A DNA stretch of 48,234 nucleotides from Octopus bimaculoides (Eukaryota), in the NCBI RefSeq assembly GCF_001194135.2, contig NC_068984.1, positions 32,957,090 through 33,005,323 of the forward strand. The letters are read 5' to 3'. Below, piece after piece: positions 11,527-24,466 of this stretch; position 1 is the stretch's first letter, and every line of letters starts with the position of its first letter. The notes under the pieces were generated by a model. It saw only the letters and a program-made list of their open reading frames with translations, was not told the DNA's origin and searched no databases. A program made the translations under genes and the position numbers.

Positions 11527-12640
11527 TACATACTTACATACATGCATAAATACATACACACACATATACATATACATTCGCATTACATGTATATGAGATA
11601 TAAGTGCGGGTGCATGGAGTGGGTGTGTTATGCCCATCTGTATTTAACCTCGCAGTGAAATGTAAATCTCCTTTCTATAATATAACACAAGCGCAGAGCT
11701 ATCTGTATTCTGTCTTGGATTTCAAACCGAAGCAAATCTTGCATGACCATATCTATCATCTACAACACTTTGTCTCACGTGAATCGTTACACTGTGAAAC
11801 CTTTCCTCTTCTAAGTCTCCATGATTCTATTCTATTTAGGTCTTATGCGGTAAAATGAAACCTGGTCAACGTAAAATTCCTCTGCCACAAAGAAAACAAA
11901 AATAAAAATTCATTTGGTCTAATCACTCGTTCAAATGTCACAGCGAGATGTGACTCTATGTATTTAATAAGATATAAGCCAAAAGTATTGTCTTTGGGCG
12001 AATGGATTTGTAGAAAAATATAAAAAAATAAAAAGAGTGAATATAAAATACATCAATAACAGTTATATGTATTCTCCTAATATAATATTCTAGGAAAATA
12101 TTTTCTACTTGGCAATAAATTAAATTGATTAAAGCGTATGGGAAAAATATTTTAAATGATAAAAAGATTTTAAAATGGTCAAGAAATGTCGATGGAAAAA
12201 CGGCAAACGCGGCGATGTACAAGGAGTGTTTTTAGAGTGTATTAACGTTTTTGATGATCATGAAAATTTAGTCATTTTTAATTCGGCAGTGGCACGCCTG
12301 ATGTCCTATAGTCGTAAAGTCAATCAATAACGAAGAGCATTGAATTTGCTTCCACGCTGTTTGGAGATTTCAACTGAAATAAATCTATAACCAGGAAGTT
12401 TGTTTCAACGAATATTTCAGATTCAATATGATTCTCTTTGAAATTTGAAGACGATGTTACGCAACAGCCCTTCGAAAATCTGGAATGATCAGCGCGGATC
12501 TTATTAGAGAAAATATGGAGATTGTTCAGTAGGTTGTTGAATTTTCAGATCAGCAAATTTAGAATGCATAATCATCTATGAAAAGACTGTCATCATAAAA
12601 GTATTTGAAAATAAAATTAGTTATTCCATAGTATTTGATT

Positions 12641-12710
12641 GCAGTGTGGTATCGAACCTGGCCTCAAGATGGTGAAGGAAACTTCTTACCCACTCCGCCA
12701 TATCTGTGCC
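12641..12710 (-). mobile_element. SINE family 1 head fragment
   Basis: Reverse complement ggcacagatatggcggagtgggtaagaagtttcc...ggttcgataccacactgc has A/B-box-like motifs similar to 14726. Confidence 0.5.
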
Positions 12711-13200
12711 TTACCTTCTTAGATATGAGTGTGTGAGTGTACGTATATGTGTGTCTGTAACTGTATTAGTATGTGTAGGTTTATTACGAAGGCGGCGCAT
12801 TTCGAAAAAGAGACTGGAAATGGGAAAATTCTTTTCGTGGGTGATGTATATTCCTTCTTCGAAATTACATAACTGAATTGATTCAACTTTCAAAGAGACA
12901 GAATTACAGAATTACAAGTAAACATCTTTTATTTATTTTATGACTTTTATTTTCTGGCTACTGCCAATTCGATCGTCTTGTTTCCAAATGAATATAACTA
13001 GAACTTTTGCGTAATTAAAGTGTTATCTCTGGCTAATACCTCAGTACGGCTCTTATATTTTCTTTTATTTTTCGCATCAGTCGAATGAAGGAAACGAAAA
13101 TCTCTGTTCTTTATCCTGCTGCACGCACGTTTAGTTCGGTGCTTTATGTTACTGAAGATGGTGTAATTAAAACACGCCATTTTGGCTGATAACCAACAGT

Positions 13201-13201
13201 G

Positions 13202-13270
<69 letters not shown>

Positions 13271-13411
13271 GTAAGGACGAGGATATTGATGGTCATAGCT
13301 ATAGTAATGGTGGTAATGTTAATAATAACTCTAATGACGCCAGCAATAATACTAGGCAAACGATGAGGTGAAGCAATAAAAGAATCGCAAGAAAACGATA
13401 ATAATGATAAC

Positions 13412-13482
<71 letters not shown>

Positions 13483-13495
13483 TGATAATAATAAT
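13201..13495. repeat. Two (ATA)n trinucleotide arrays with degenerate spacer
   Basis: Direct reading (13201-13270 and ~13405-13495). Confidence 0.95.
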
Positions 13496-13820
13496 GACAC
13501 AAGAAGAGCATCGATATAAAGCAAAGATGACGCAAGAGTGGGAAAAAACCAAATTTAGATGATGCTGATGTTGATGATCATCCGGATCACGATGACTATA
13601 ATGGTTATGAAGGAACAGAAAAGGATGGTGTTAATTAGTGCTTGAAGTCTCACAGAAAATATTCCCTTGTGTTACAGTAGCAAAACTGAAATAGATGGTG
13701 CTAAGATGATCTCGATTTCCTTGCATAATTTACACAATATCTACATTTCAGTGTCACTTTACATCAACACACATATATTGCTGCCCAATATATATATATA
13801 TGTGTGTATGTGTGTGTATG

Positions 13821-13852
<32 letters not shown>

Positions 13853-14693
13853 CGTTCACGTGTATGTGCGTGTGAATGGGCGTACGTGTGTATATGAATG
13901 TGTATGTGTGTGTATGCATAGTCATACAAACGCGCATACACGCACACACNNNNNNNNNNNNNNNNNNNNNNNNNNNNNNNNNNNNNNNNNNNNNNNNNNN
14001 NNNNNNNNNNNNNNNNNNNNNNNNNNNNNNNNNNNNNNNNNNNNNNNNNNNNNNNNNNNNNNNNNNNNNNNNNNNNNNNNNNNNNNNNNNNNNNNNNNNN
14101 NNNNNNNNNNNNNNNNNNNNNNNNNNNNNNNNNNNNNNNNNNNNNNNNNNNNNNNNNNNNNNNNNNNNNNNNNNNNNNNNNNNNNNNNNNNNNNNNNNNN
14201 NNNNNNNNNNNNNNNNNNNNNNNNNNNNNNNNNNNNNNNNNNNNNNNNNNNNNNNNNNNNNNNNNNNNNNNNNNNNNNNNNNNNNNNNNNNNNNNNNNNN
14301 NNNNNNNNNNNNNNNNNNNNNNNNNNNNNNNNNNNNNNNNNNNNNNNNNNNNNNNNNNNNNNNNNNNNNNNNNNNNNNNNNNNNNNNNNNNNNNNNNNNN
14401 NNNNNNNNNNNNNNNNNNNNNNNNNNNNNNNNNNNNNNNNNNNNNNNNNNNNNNNNNNNNNNNNNNNNNNNNNNNNNNNNNNNNNNNNNNNNNNNNNNNN
14501 NNNNNNNNNNNNNNNNNNNNNNNNNNNNNNNNNNNNNNNNNNNNNNNNNNNNNNNNNNNNNNNNNNNNNNNNNNNNNNNNNNNNNNNNNNNNNNNNNNNN
14601 NNNNNNNNNNNNNNNNNNNNNNNNNNNNNNNNNNNNNNNNNNNNNNNNNNNNNNNNNNNNNNNNNNNNNNNNNNNNNNNNNNNNNNNNNNNNN

Positions 14694-14724
<31 letters not shown>

Positions 14725-14725
14725 T

Positions 14726-15075
14726 GCGCAGGCGTGGCTGTGTGGTGTAAGAACTTTGCTTCACCACCACATGGCTCCGGTTTGTCTCACTGCATGGCAC
14801 CTTGGGCAAGTGTCCTCTAGTATAGTCTCGGGTCGACCAAATCCTCGCCAGACGTTTTGGTAGATGAAAACTGAAAGAAGCCTCTGTGTGTATCTCTGTC
14901 GATGTGTGAGTCTGTCTCTGCGTCTGTGTTAGCGAATCGGCAAAATGCCCGATCGAATAAGTACTCGGTTTACAAGAAATAAGTGCTAGTGCCGATTTGT
15001 TCGACTAAAACTCTTCAATGCGGTACTCCATCATGGCAGCAGTTGAATGACTAAAAGAAGTAAAAGAAGAAAAGA
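14726..15075 (+). mobile_element. tRNA-derived SINE (family 1)
   Basis: gcgcaggcgtggctgtgtggt..aagaac, ggcaccttgggcaagtgtc, ggtagatgaaaactgaaagaagcc, tail gactaaaagaagtaaaaga. Confidence 0.85.
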
Positions 15076-15295
15076 CGGTGCTCTGAAATGAACATGTAGT
15101 TATAAGTAATAGTCCATAATACAAGTAGTAAAACACAAAACGTTCCCATCTTTTACGCACCTCTAGAATTTCAGTTGAATTAGTTTGTTATGTTTGTTGT
15201 CGGCGTTTTTACCTTCATCACCTGATGATCTTTTTTTTTGTGTTTGCTCTTTTTGTTAGAAGGTACGTTGTTCCTTCAGTCAGCCAGGTAGGTAT

Positions 15296-15450
<155 letters not shown>

Positions 15451-16168
15451 TTGCCTTTGCACAGTTTCTAACGCTAGCTGTATTCTACTTGTTGGGAAGA
15501 GCCGGTAGCGGCGAGTGCTTGATTGCAATATGGTGCGTGATTATTGAAAATTTCCTCAGTGGAGGAGAGTTCGGATATGCGGGTTGAGATGCCCTTGATT
15601 ATGTTATCGAAAGTAGATTTGTGGTGATTGGAGTGGATGTCAAGTTTTTTAAGATATTGGTTACGTTTGTGATAAGGGGAGTATTGGGAAGTTGATAAGC
15701 TTAGAGTTGCGTCAAGAAATTTAGCAGTTTTGTGAGCGTTTTCGAATGTGATAGGTTTAAGTTAGAGAAGAATTTATGTAGATCCTTTCTAGTTCTTTCT
15801 AAGGAGGTTTTATTTGTTCTTTTGGTAACGAGTAAAGCGTTGTCCCTGTATAGGCCTCCCTTGATGTTAGGGAAATGTATATGAAGCTATTGAAATATAT
15901 ATAGTCCAACTAAGTGAGTGACCTGAGCTGAATCAGATGATCCCATGGTTATGTCGAATAGGTTGCTACGGTTATTGCTATGGTGATTGGCCCGGCACCA
16001 GAGTTCGTTTTGAAAAGAAATCAGGGTTTTGCGGGCATTAAGTATTATATTAATTTCTAGAAGGGTTAGGTTGGCTAGGTTCCTAGCTAGAAGAAGAACT
16101 TTGTTAATCAAGAAGTTTAGGAGAAATAGAAGTGTAGTAATTATTAATGTCGAATTGTAGGAAGCAAA
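15451..16168 (-). mobile_element. Penelope-like element, reverse transcriptase fragment (frameshifted)
   Basis: Minus-strand translation: FLQFDINNYYTSISPKLLD, ILNARKTLISFQNELW, NLFDITMGSSDSAQVTHLVGLYI, GGLYRDNALLV (YRDD motif), FLDATLSL, ISTRISELSSTEEIFNNHAPYCNQAL. Confidence 0.9.
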
Positions 16169-16333
16169 CATATGTAAATATATATGCATATATATATTTA
16201 CATATGTGTATATATATATATNNNNNNNNNNNNNNNNNNNNNNNNNNNNNNNNNNNNNNNNNNNNNNNNNNNNNNNNNNNNNNNNNNNNNNNNNNNNNNN
16301 NNNNNNNNNNNNNNNNNNNNNNNNNNNNNNNNN

Positions 16334-16377
<44 letters not shown>

Positions 16378-16402
16378 GTGTGCATGTGTGTGTCTCTGTG
16401 TG

Positions 16403-16440
<38 letters not shown>

Positions 16441-16594
16441 TCGTATGAGCGTTCATCTTTTATTGAGCAACCTGCACAAATGATTTGTTTATGTTTATAG
16501 TGATCGAATGCTCGTACCAGACATTATCTCACTCTCTCCATCAAATCGACGTCGCCCGAACAAGTGCGCTGTGTGCCACGGGGCATGTGTCGAA

Positions 16595-16720
16595 GGGATC
16601 GCAGAACAACATGAGGTGTATTGTTTTCCTGAAGCACACGATGCACCATGCGATCTAGGGATTGAAACCACCATCTAGAGACTGTGAACGCAACTCTGTA
16701 AGCACCAAGCCATGCTTTGT
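16595..16720 (-). mobile_element. Degenerate tRNA-derived SINE (family 3) head
   Basis: Similar to 21262-21380 (gattgaaaccacc vs gaatggaatccat; aagccatgc shared). Confidence 0.4.
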
Positions 16721-16919
16721 CGCATACCGATATGCATGTACACAGCTAGAAAGATAGATCAATAGAAATAGTCATGCATGCGTAGGTGTTTATAAACCTC
16801 TATATATTTATTCTTGTAAATATAGGCACCTTATGCGTAGACTTATTTACATAGATCGAAATAGTTTCTAATACATATATGCATGCCTGCATACATACAC
16901 ACATACATACATACATACA

Positions 16920-16958
<39 letters not shown>

Positions 16959-17441
16959 CATACACAACTAAATGACACATACATACGTGCATGTGTGTAC
17001 GTTTAAGTTCATTATTGGCGCACGTACGTATATTTTATAGAATTATATTATAGCTGTATCTTTAATTGGACATTTATATAAGCCATCCCTTAATTACCTT
17101 AATATAGCTGCGCTAGTTCACATGTGCTAGTTCTCAGCGAAAACATTTAGATAGTCTTGATTTAATTTATCTATATAAAAGAGATATCCTATTTACTGTT
17201 GTATCATATCAATTGGACAGCCCGCATCTAAATTGCAATTTCTATTGTCTATGCGCTTACGTCCACCAATTTTGTTGTCGCATCAATAAAGGTATAGTTT
17301 CACCATTTTCTCTCCCTACTTGCCTTGAAACTCACACTAATTAGTTAGAAGAGCGATGCTCATAAAATTATGATATTCTTGTCATTCCATGCCGCAATGT
17401 GAAATGCATATCAGCATTAATATGAGCAACTATCCCTGGAT

Positions 17442-17444
<3 letters not shown>

Positions 17445-17501
<57 letters not shown>

Positions 17502-17520
17502 GCCATCATCATCATCATCA

Positions 17521-17601
<81 letters not shown>
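17445..17601. repeat. Compound (TCA)n-(TTA)n microsatellite
   Basis: Direct reading. Confidence 0.95.
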
Positions 17602-17602
<1 letters not shown>

Positions 17603-17603
17603 C

Positions 17604-17715
17604 AAGCTGGCAGAGTTGTTAGCAAACGGAGCAAAAAACTAAGCGGCATTTCGATCGTTTTCACATTCCGAGTTTAAACCCTGCCGAGATCGCTTTCATA
17701 CTTTCGGGGTCGATA
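17604..17715 (+). mobile_element. tRNA-derived SINE (family 2), 3'-truncated
   Basis: agctggcagagttgttagca...gagtttaaaccctgccgag...ctttcggggtcgat; homologous to 45846 and 47972 copies. Confidence 0.75.
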
Positions 17716-18344
17716 TTATGATTATTATTATTGGTATTAAACGTGGAAACCATGCTCTAATCATCGCTGGTGAGTTCTATCTAGTGTTGCTTCCTTATGC
17801 CGTTTTCGGTCGCCGAAATTATGACTATTGTTTTGCAGATGTATCCAGGTGTCTTCTGGAAAATTTCACCTAGTTACAATCACGGAACGCGCTTTCCACC
17901 TGTTCCGAAATCATTTTGAGATATGTATTTACAATTCAACTTTTTTCAAAAGATGGAACAATTTTAAAAAGAGGAGTGGTTGTAGGAGAAAATGTATTAG
18001 CTTTCTCGTGCTCCAACGACCCTACTCAGAGTAGTCAACCATGCGTAGAGATTGCTACTTCCAGTGACAGTAGTAAAAACCTACGAACTCTAACACTACC
18101 TCCAACGTTACCAACAACTACAACAGCAACGTCAACAGCAAAACATGACCCGTGACAGATCCAGCAACTGTAACGGAAGCAGCAACAACACCAGCTATCG
18201 TAGTATAACCATCAGCAATAGTAACGTCATCAACAAAGAAGACAACATTAATGCTTTTTACGAAGACAGTAACGAGAAAACATACTCAAAGGAAAAAAAT
18301 AAACTTTCTTTGCAAGTATTATAAATAAGCGAATCACACATTCC

Positions 18345-19154
18345 TTGCAAGAGAAAGCAGAGGTTATTAAAAAATACCAGAAAGATATCATTCATAGATC
18401 TCCTAGAATAGGAAATGAGTCGAAAACAAAATCAATACTATATAAGCCACAATACCCTTCCTCGGGTGAAATAGAAAAATGTCTGGAAGAAATATGGTCT
18501 TACATTGTTTATATCTGCCGAGGAAGGCAATATGGAACTATGGTCGCTATCTGCAGCAACGAAGGGAAAGTGCAAAGGATGGCAACAGTGACCTGCTTCT
18601 CAGACTAGTTCCCAATACTCACTTTATACATGGGACGTCGAACGACCAAGATCCATGCTAGAGGAGCGCGGGTAGATAATAAATGTAACAAGCCCCCAAC
18701 AAAACAACACAAGACTGTGTATGGAGTTCTAAGGTTTGATATACCATGACACACCAGATTCTCTCTGCTTCGGAGAGTGCAAGCAGATGCATGTGGTCAT
18801 GGAGGGTCGAAAACGGAGATGTTATATTTGTGGCAAAACTGATCACCTAAAAGCTTTCTGCCTTACTTTTGAAGAAATCGCTGCACCACTATTCCCAACG
18901 CATTTCATTGCAATCCCAAAGAGCAAAGCAGCGGCATCTGCCACGACTAGCACTAAAACAGATAGAAAATGGCCAACGAAAATCTTGCTGACTCCTCGGA
19001 TAATGAATGGGCGTCGGGGCAAGACAAAATCATCCGAGGGGGGGGATCATCGAGCGATCCCCCGCCAAAAGAAAGAAAAAGAGTGAGAGCGGGTGAAAAT
19101 ACACATGTAACCCCTAAATCCAAAAGGTTTGTGGGTACGAAGCTGAACCTATAA
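18345..19154 (+). pseudogene. LINE ORF1 (gag-like, zinc knuckle) remnant
   Basis: Frames 18345-18608 (EIEKCLEEIWSYIVYICRGRQYG), 18736-19086 (CX2CX4HX4C) and 18969-19154 (S/K/R-rich tail). Confidence 0.75.
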
Positions 19155-19199
19155 ACATGGCACCTCAACTCGAAAGGAAAGAAAATGACATGCTAGTGA

Positions 19200-21140
19200 T
19201 AAGGATGGTATATAACCCATTTCTTCGACGTGAAACACGAAGGTTGTATTGTCCGAGCTAGTGTTGCGTGTTCTGAAACAACACGGCAACAATCTAGAAT
19301 TCGGTTTGTGACGGACCATATCGGCCGTGTGCTCTCCGATTTGAAAGAGATTTGCATGATGTTTCGGCAGCACTTCACCGACCTCTTTTCCAGGAGTGAT
19401 ACACTTGAGACAACGGGCTCTCAGGACTTCCGTGATGGTATGCCACGCAAGTCAGGCAAGGAGATTGTGCGATGCGACATGGCAATTTCAGTGGTGCAAA
19501 TTGCAGAAATACTCAGCCGCTGCTTGGAACGCAATCCACCAGGATTGGATGGTCTCGCCTATGAGTTATTTATACACATGTCCGATTTATTTGCTCCGGT
19601 TTTGACAGCCGTTTAGAGCACCTGTAAACAAACTGTGGGCATTCCCAGTTGTATGAGTCGAGGAATGGTAACTCTGCTGAGGAAGGACCCGAACAAGGGT
19701 GACAGGGTTGAAAACGACAGATCTGTAACTCTACTCAGCACTGAGTTAAAGGTTTTAGCTGGAGTACTGGCTAAGATACTGGCGCTTGTTGTCCATATTG
19801 TCGGTGGGGGGGATGCACAAATCTCTGAGATCTCTGGTAGGTTTATCCACAACAACCTCAACTTCACACGATACATCGTAGAGCAGATCTAGATTTGGAG
19901 GGGCACTGGTCAATTTGGACCAGTATAAGGTATGTGACAGAGGGTCATCGCTATCTGGTGGCTGTCTTAAAAACTGTCGGCTTCGGTACTGTCATCAGAG
20001 GCTAAATCACCAAAATATATAGTAGCATCTGCTCGGTCGTCAAATTAAATGGCCACCCACCAAAACCCTTCAGTATTGAAATCTTTCTTCAATACTGATG
20101 TCTCTTCTCCCTGTTTTATATGTTTTGTCACTAGAACATTTGCTGCGAAGACTCAAGAAATTGAGGTGCATTCTGCTGGAATTAGGCCACAGGGGTGTCT
20201 GACTCTTCGGATGCAGGAATGTTTGACACTATACTGAAAAATATCAAGTATATATAAGAGTACATATGAAGCAGGTAAATCGGTGGAATTTCAACTAGGC
20301 TTTTGGAGAGGGAAATCCATGTTGACTATCGGCGATTTCTATCGCTGGGCGGAGGGACAGTGAAAGTGCTCAGAGTCTGGTTCGGACCAAATCTCCAGGT
20401 AGATAAGAACTGCGAAGAGGTCATTGTCAGGGTGGCCAAGCTCAGCCAGAAAAAGGCAGAATGAATGTTGCTTCTAAACGGCCAGGCGAAAATAGCGAAT
20501 GCATACATCGATTCGGTAGTGTAGTATCTCCCCTGGCCATCGCAACTTGTCCGAAGAAAACTGGAGCACTTGCTTTTTCGATTTTTATTAAAGGGTCAGG
20601 TCCCGCTGGTTAAAATGCACTCCGTGGTGGTCTTGGGGTGCCATCCTTGATGATGCGGTGCCACGTGTTGACGCTGACGCACCTGCAGAAATATGTAAAT
20701 ATGTTTGAAGGTGTGAACACGGTGACGAAGACAAGGATGAATTGTGCGGAGGTCCATCGTGTGACATGACTTTCTGCAGCTCATCTCATTGACGGAGCTG
20801 TAGTCATGGGTCGAACGTAGACCAATATTAGGTGCTTAATGTTGCCAGGCGCTCACTGCATTGTACCAGGTAGACAAAACACATGGCGTGAAAACAACCC
20901 AATATTTCTATACGGGGCTAGTTGAGGGTATAAGCAACGACGGCCTAGGATTGACTCTGGGCATCAACGACGGCCTAGGATTGACTCTGGGCATCAACGA
21001 GATTAATCTCTGTGGTCTCTTCGGGTGGATTTTTTCTGTCTGAGAAACAAGGTCCATCACCAGAAGTCTCCAGTATAGCAGTGCTATAAGGTTGCATTGC
21101 TTGTTCGAGACAAGCTCTCTAGGCAAGGAAGTGCCAAAAG
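19200..21140 (+). pseudogene. LINE ORF2 reverse transcriptase remnant, no recognisable APE endonuclease
   Basis: ORF track 19230..19616 and 19635..19892 plus manual translation downstream to the start of the C-terminal zinc-binding region. Confidence 0.85.
20935..21000 (+). repeat. Perfect 30 bp tandem duplication (2.2 copies)
   Basis: caacgacggcctaggattgactctgggcat x2 plus caacga. Confidence 0.97.
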
Positions 21141-21261
21141 GCTATCAGATGTTGTTACACATAGCTGGTCACAAACCGTTTTACATTGTTTTAGCCTTCA
21201 AATGACGCTACCCCACTGGTAAGGCGAACAGGCCAACATTCTTCCACTGATCGAAAGCGGG

Positions 21262-21380
21262 ACTGGAGTAACACGAAATGAAGTGTTTTGCTCAATAACA
21301 CAACGCGCTGCCCACTCAGGGAATGGAATCCATGATTAGTGATCGTGAGTATTAAAGCCTAACCACAAAGCCATGCGCTT
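21262..21380 (-). mobile_element. tRNA-derived SINE (family 3) head
   Basis: Reverse complement: aagcgcatggctttgtggttagg...cacgatcactaatcatggattccattccc...gcgttgtgttattgagcaaaacacttcatttcgtgttactccagt. Confidence 0.7.
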
Positions 21381-22157
21381 TCTTATCTCTCTCTCTCTCT
21401 CTCTCTNNNNNNNNNNNNNNNNNNNNNNNNNNNNNNNNNNNNNNNNNNNNNNNNNNNNNNNNNNNNNNNNNNNNNNNNNNNNNNNNNNNNNNNNNNNNNN
21501 NNNNNNNNNNNNNNNNNNNNNNNNNNNNNNNNNNNNNNNNNNNNNNNNNNNNNNNNNNNNNNNNNNNNNNNNNNNNNNNNNNNNNNNNNNNNNNNNNNNN
21601 NNNNNNNNNNNNNNNNNNNNNNNNNNNNNNNNNNNNNNNNNNNNNNNNNNNNNNNNNNNNNNNNNNNNNNNNNNNNNNNNNNNNNNNNNNNNNNNNNNNN
21701 NNNNNNNNNNNNNNNNNNNNNNNNNNNNNNNNNNNNNNNNNNNNNNNNNNNNNNNNNNNNNNNNNNNNNNNNNNNNNNNNNNNNNNNNNNNNNNNNNNNN
21801 NNNNNNNNNNNNNNNNNNNNNNNNNNNNNNNNNNNNNNNNNNNNNNNNNNNNNNNNNNNNNNNNNNNNNNNNNNNNNNNNNNNNNNNNNNNNNNNNNNNN
21901 NNNNNNNNNNNNNNNNNNNNNNNNNNNNNNNNNNNNNNNNNNNNNNNNNNNNNNNNNNNNNNNNNNNNNNNNNNNNNNNNNNNNNNNNNNNNNNNNNNNN
22001 NNNNNNNNNNNNNNNNNNNNNNNNNNNNNNNNNNNNNNNNNNNNNNNNNNNNNNNNNNNNNNNNNNNNNNNNNNNNNNNNNNNNNNNNNNNNNNNNNNNN
22101 NNNNNNNNNNNNNNNNNNNNNNNNNNNNNNNNNNNNNNNNNNNNNNNNNNNNNNNNA

Positions 22158-22455
22158 GGCACCTACTATGATAGGAATTGTTTCTGTTTTTAGATTCCAC
22201 ATTCGAGTTATCTCTATTTCCAGGTCTTTGTATTTTGAAAGTTTTTCCATTTCTTTTAGAGAAACGTTGTCATCTGCTGGTATTGAAACATCAATTAGAA
22301 GGCATTTTTTTCCTTCATGATCTTTGACAACTATATCTGGTCTATTTGCCTTAATTTCTCTATCTGTGTGTATTGGCATATCCCAGAGTATGGTTGCTTT
22401 CTCGTTTTCTGTGACCTTTTCTGGCGTGTGTTTATACCATCTTTTTTCTGTTGCT
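22158..22455 (-). mobile_element. R4/Dong-like retrotransposon, restriction-like endonuclease domain, 5'-truncated; 3' end lost in gap
   Basis: TEKRWYKHTPEKVTENEKATILWDMPIHTDREIKANRPDIVVKDHEGKKCLLIDVSIPADDNVSLKEMEKLSKYKDLEIEITRMWNLKTETIPIIVGA: uninterrupted PD..D..K RLE motif. (TAA)n at 22458-22497 directly 5' on the element strand. Confidence 0.9.
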
Positions 22456-22456
22456 A

Positions 22457-22499
<43 letters not shown>

Positions 22500-23338
22500 C
22501 TTGGATTATCGGAGCGAATTATCAACTACGTAATTTACGAGGGTTTTCACCCGCTAGGTACGTGTAAATTCTCAACTGTTCCGGTTGGTTGGCTACATAC
22601 AGACAAATTCGTGATACCTACAGGCAACGTAGATTACAACGAAAGAGGAGATCGAAGACATTGAAGACTCAACACGTATTTCCCGAGGTTGAATGATCTC
22701 TGGGATGCGAATAAAGTATATATTAAACATCAAGGAAAACGAGAGAATCTCCCACAGCCTAAAAAAGTATGCAATAGAAAAAGAAGAAATTAAAGGAAAG
22801 ACGAATCAATAGATTAGAAAGCAAAGAATAAAGACATTGTTTACTACGTACTCGAAGTGAAAAAGGTCTTTGAGAATTTCTTCGACGAGAAACGCAGAAG
22901 TATTGTACGTGTAACGGCACAATGACAGAAAGGTTAAAAAAAAGTCAGGAAATCAACAAGGCTGGTGCAAGCGAGTGGATTAGGTTCCATTGTCAATAAT
23001 TGTATCCAAGTTCTTAACATTTATTAGCCCTAAAAAATCTTTCTTTAGAATCAAATACGAGCGAAGTTGGCAAAGACTGACAGTTAAATCATTATTGATG
23101 AATCGCAGCTGGATGATGAAACAATTTTACATGTGAGTGAAACATTAAGTAATGAATTATGAATTATGCAATTATAAATATAAACTTTCGAAGGCTACAT
23201 CTGCTTGAAAATTGAAACGTTCACGCATATAACCACACACACACAACACATTATAACGTTTCATAAATACATGCATACATATTTACATACTAACACAGAT
23301 ATACATGTGTGGTGTGTGTATATATATGCGCGTGTGCG

Positions 23339-23377
<39 letters not shown>

Positions 23378-23496
23378 CCATATATATGTGTATGTATGTA
23401 TGTATGTATATATATTTATATACATATATATACACACACATATATATATATATAAATGAATACATACATATATATATATATACATGCACACACCCA

Positions 23497-23538
<42 letters not shown>

Positions 23539-24143
23539 ATGTAATCATTAAGAGAGGAAATTAAATAAAACTAATCAAGCAATAATCAAAGCACATTTAG
23601 GATACCCTCAGGCGTGATTTTACAATAAATTTTTAAACGTCTATAAAATACATTAACTAAGTTTAAATTATTTAAAATATTGTATTTATTTTGCCATCAA
23701 GCTTGTTTTCATGAATATCTTGTAGTTATTACTATCCATACCAACAGAAAGTCCTTTTGATATAGAAAACATTTTCTGGCATAGTTATGAGTTGTAAAAC
23801 TTCGACAAAACAGCTACAGGGTATAAATTTAATGTTTCAGTCTCTCATTAATAATCTGGTTGTTTACATAATCATCTTATTGAGAGAGTCATACTCAGGT
23901 TACTGCTTAGGTGAATACATATATACGAACCGTCATTAATAAAAAAAATAAATAGTTGCAAAATTTGTATATTTATTATTATATTTACAATAAAATTATA
24001 AATATAACTTAGACACGTGCATTGTGTTTTCAGGGACATTACTAAATTCAGGGGGTGTTATTTAATATTCAAAATCAAATTTAAGTATTCTCTCTCCTCG
24101 CTGGTAACTTATCAGTGAGACTTATACAGTAGCAGCTCGATAA

Positions 24144-24466
24144 AGTGATAGATTGTTGCAAACTTAATGTAGCAGTCCCAGGAAAGGGACGAATGCTACT
24201 GGTATTTAGCCCCAGGAAACATCGTTTCCGGTTGGCTATATAACACATCAACGGCTAGCAAGGCAAGCTACTCCAGCGCAATGACACTGAAACTATTCTC
24301 TAGATGCTGGCTTTGCTGGGTGGAAGTGCTTATCTCCCCTATTTGAAAACGTAAGGACACAGAACGCTAGTGTTATATAGCCAACTGGAAACGATGTTTC
24401 CAAGGGTTTAATAGCAATAGCATTCCTCTCTTTCCTGGGACTTCCACATTAAGTTGGCAACACACC

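Larger units (their letters stand above)
17800..21140 (+). mobile_element. Tx1/L1-clade LINE, decayed, with ORF1 and RT-bearing ORF2 remnants; 5' boundary approximate
   Basis: ORF1 has a CCHC knuckle CYICGKTDHLKAFC (18820-18861). ORF2: PGLDGLAYELF, GMVTLLRKDPNKGDRVENDRSVTLLSTELKVLA, GALVNLDQYK..DR, YVLSLEHLLRRL, VKVLRVWFGPNLQVDKN, QCYKVALLVRDKLSRQGS. Many stops and frameshifts. Confidence 0.9.

Noticed and set aside
12170-12600. Possible ancient Tc1/Tc3-like transposase remnant (NVDGKTANAAMYKEC; YSRKVNQ)
   Set aside because: Needs several assumed frameshifts; no TIR or intact catalytic motif visible.
9174-14820. 300+ aa ORFs in the ORF track (also 21336-22379, 25331-26014 etc.)
   Set aside because: They are read-through of N-gaps and (TA)/(CA)/(TAA) microsatellites; only the RLE part of 21336..22379 and the last codons of 10690..11637 are real element sequence.
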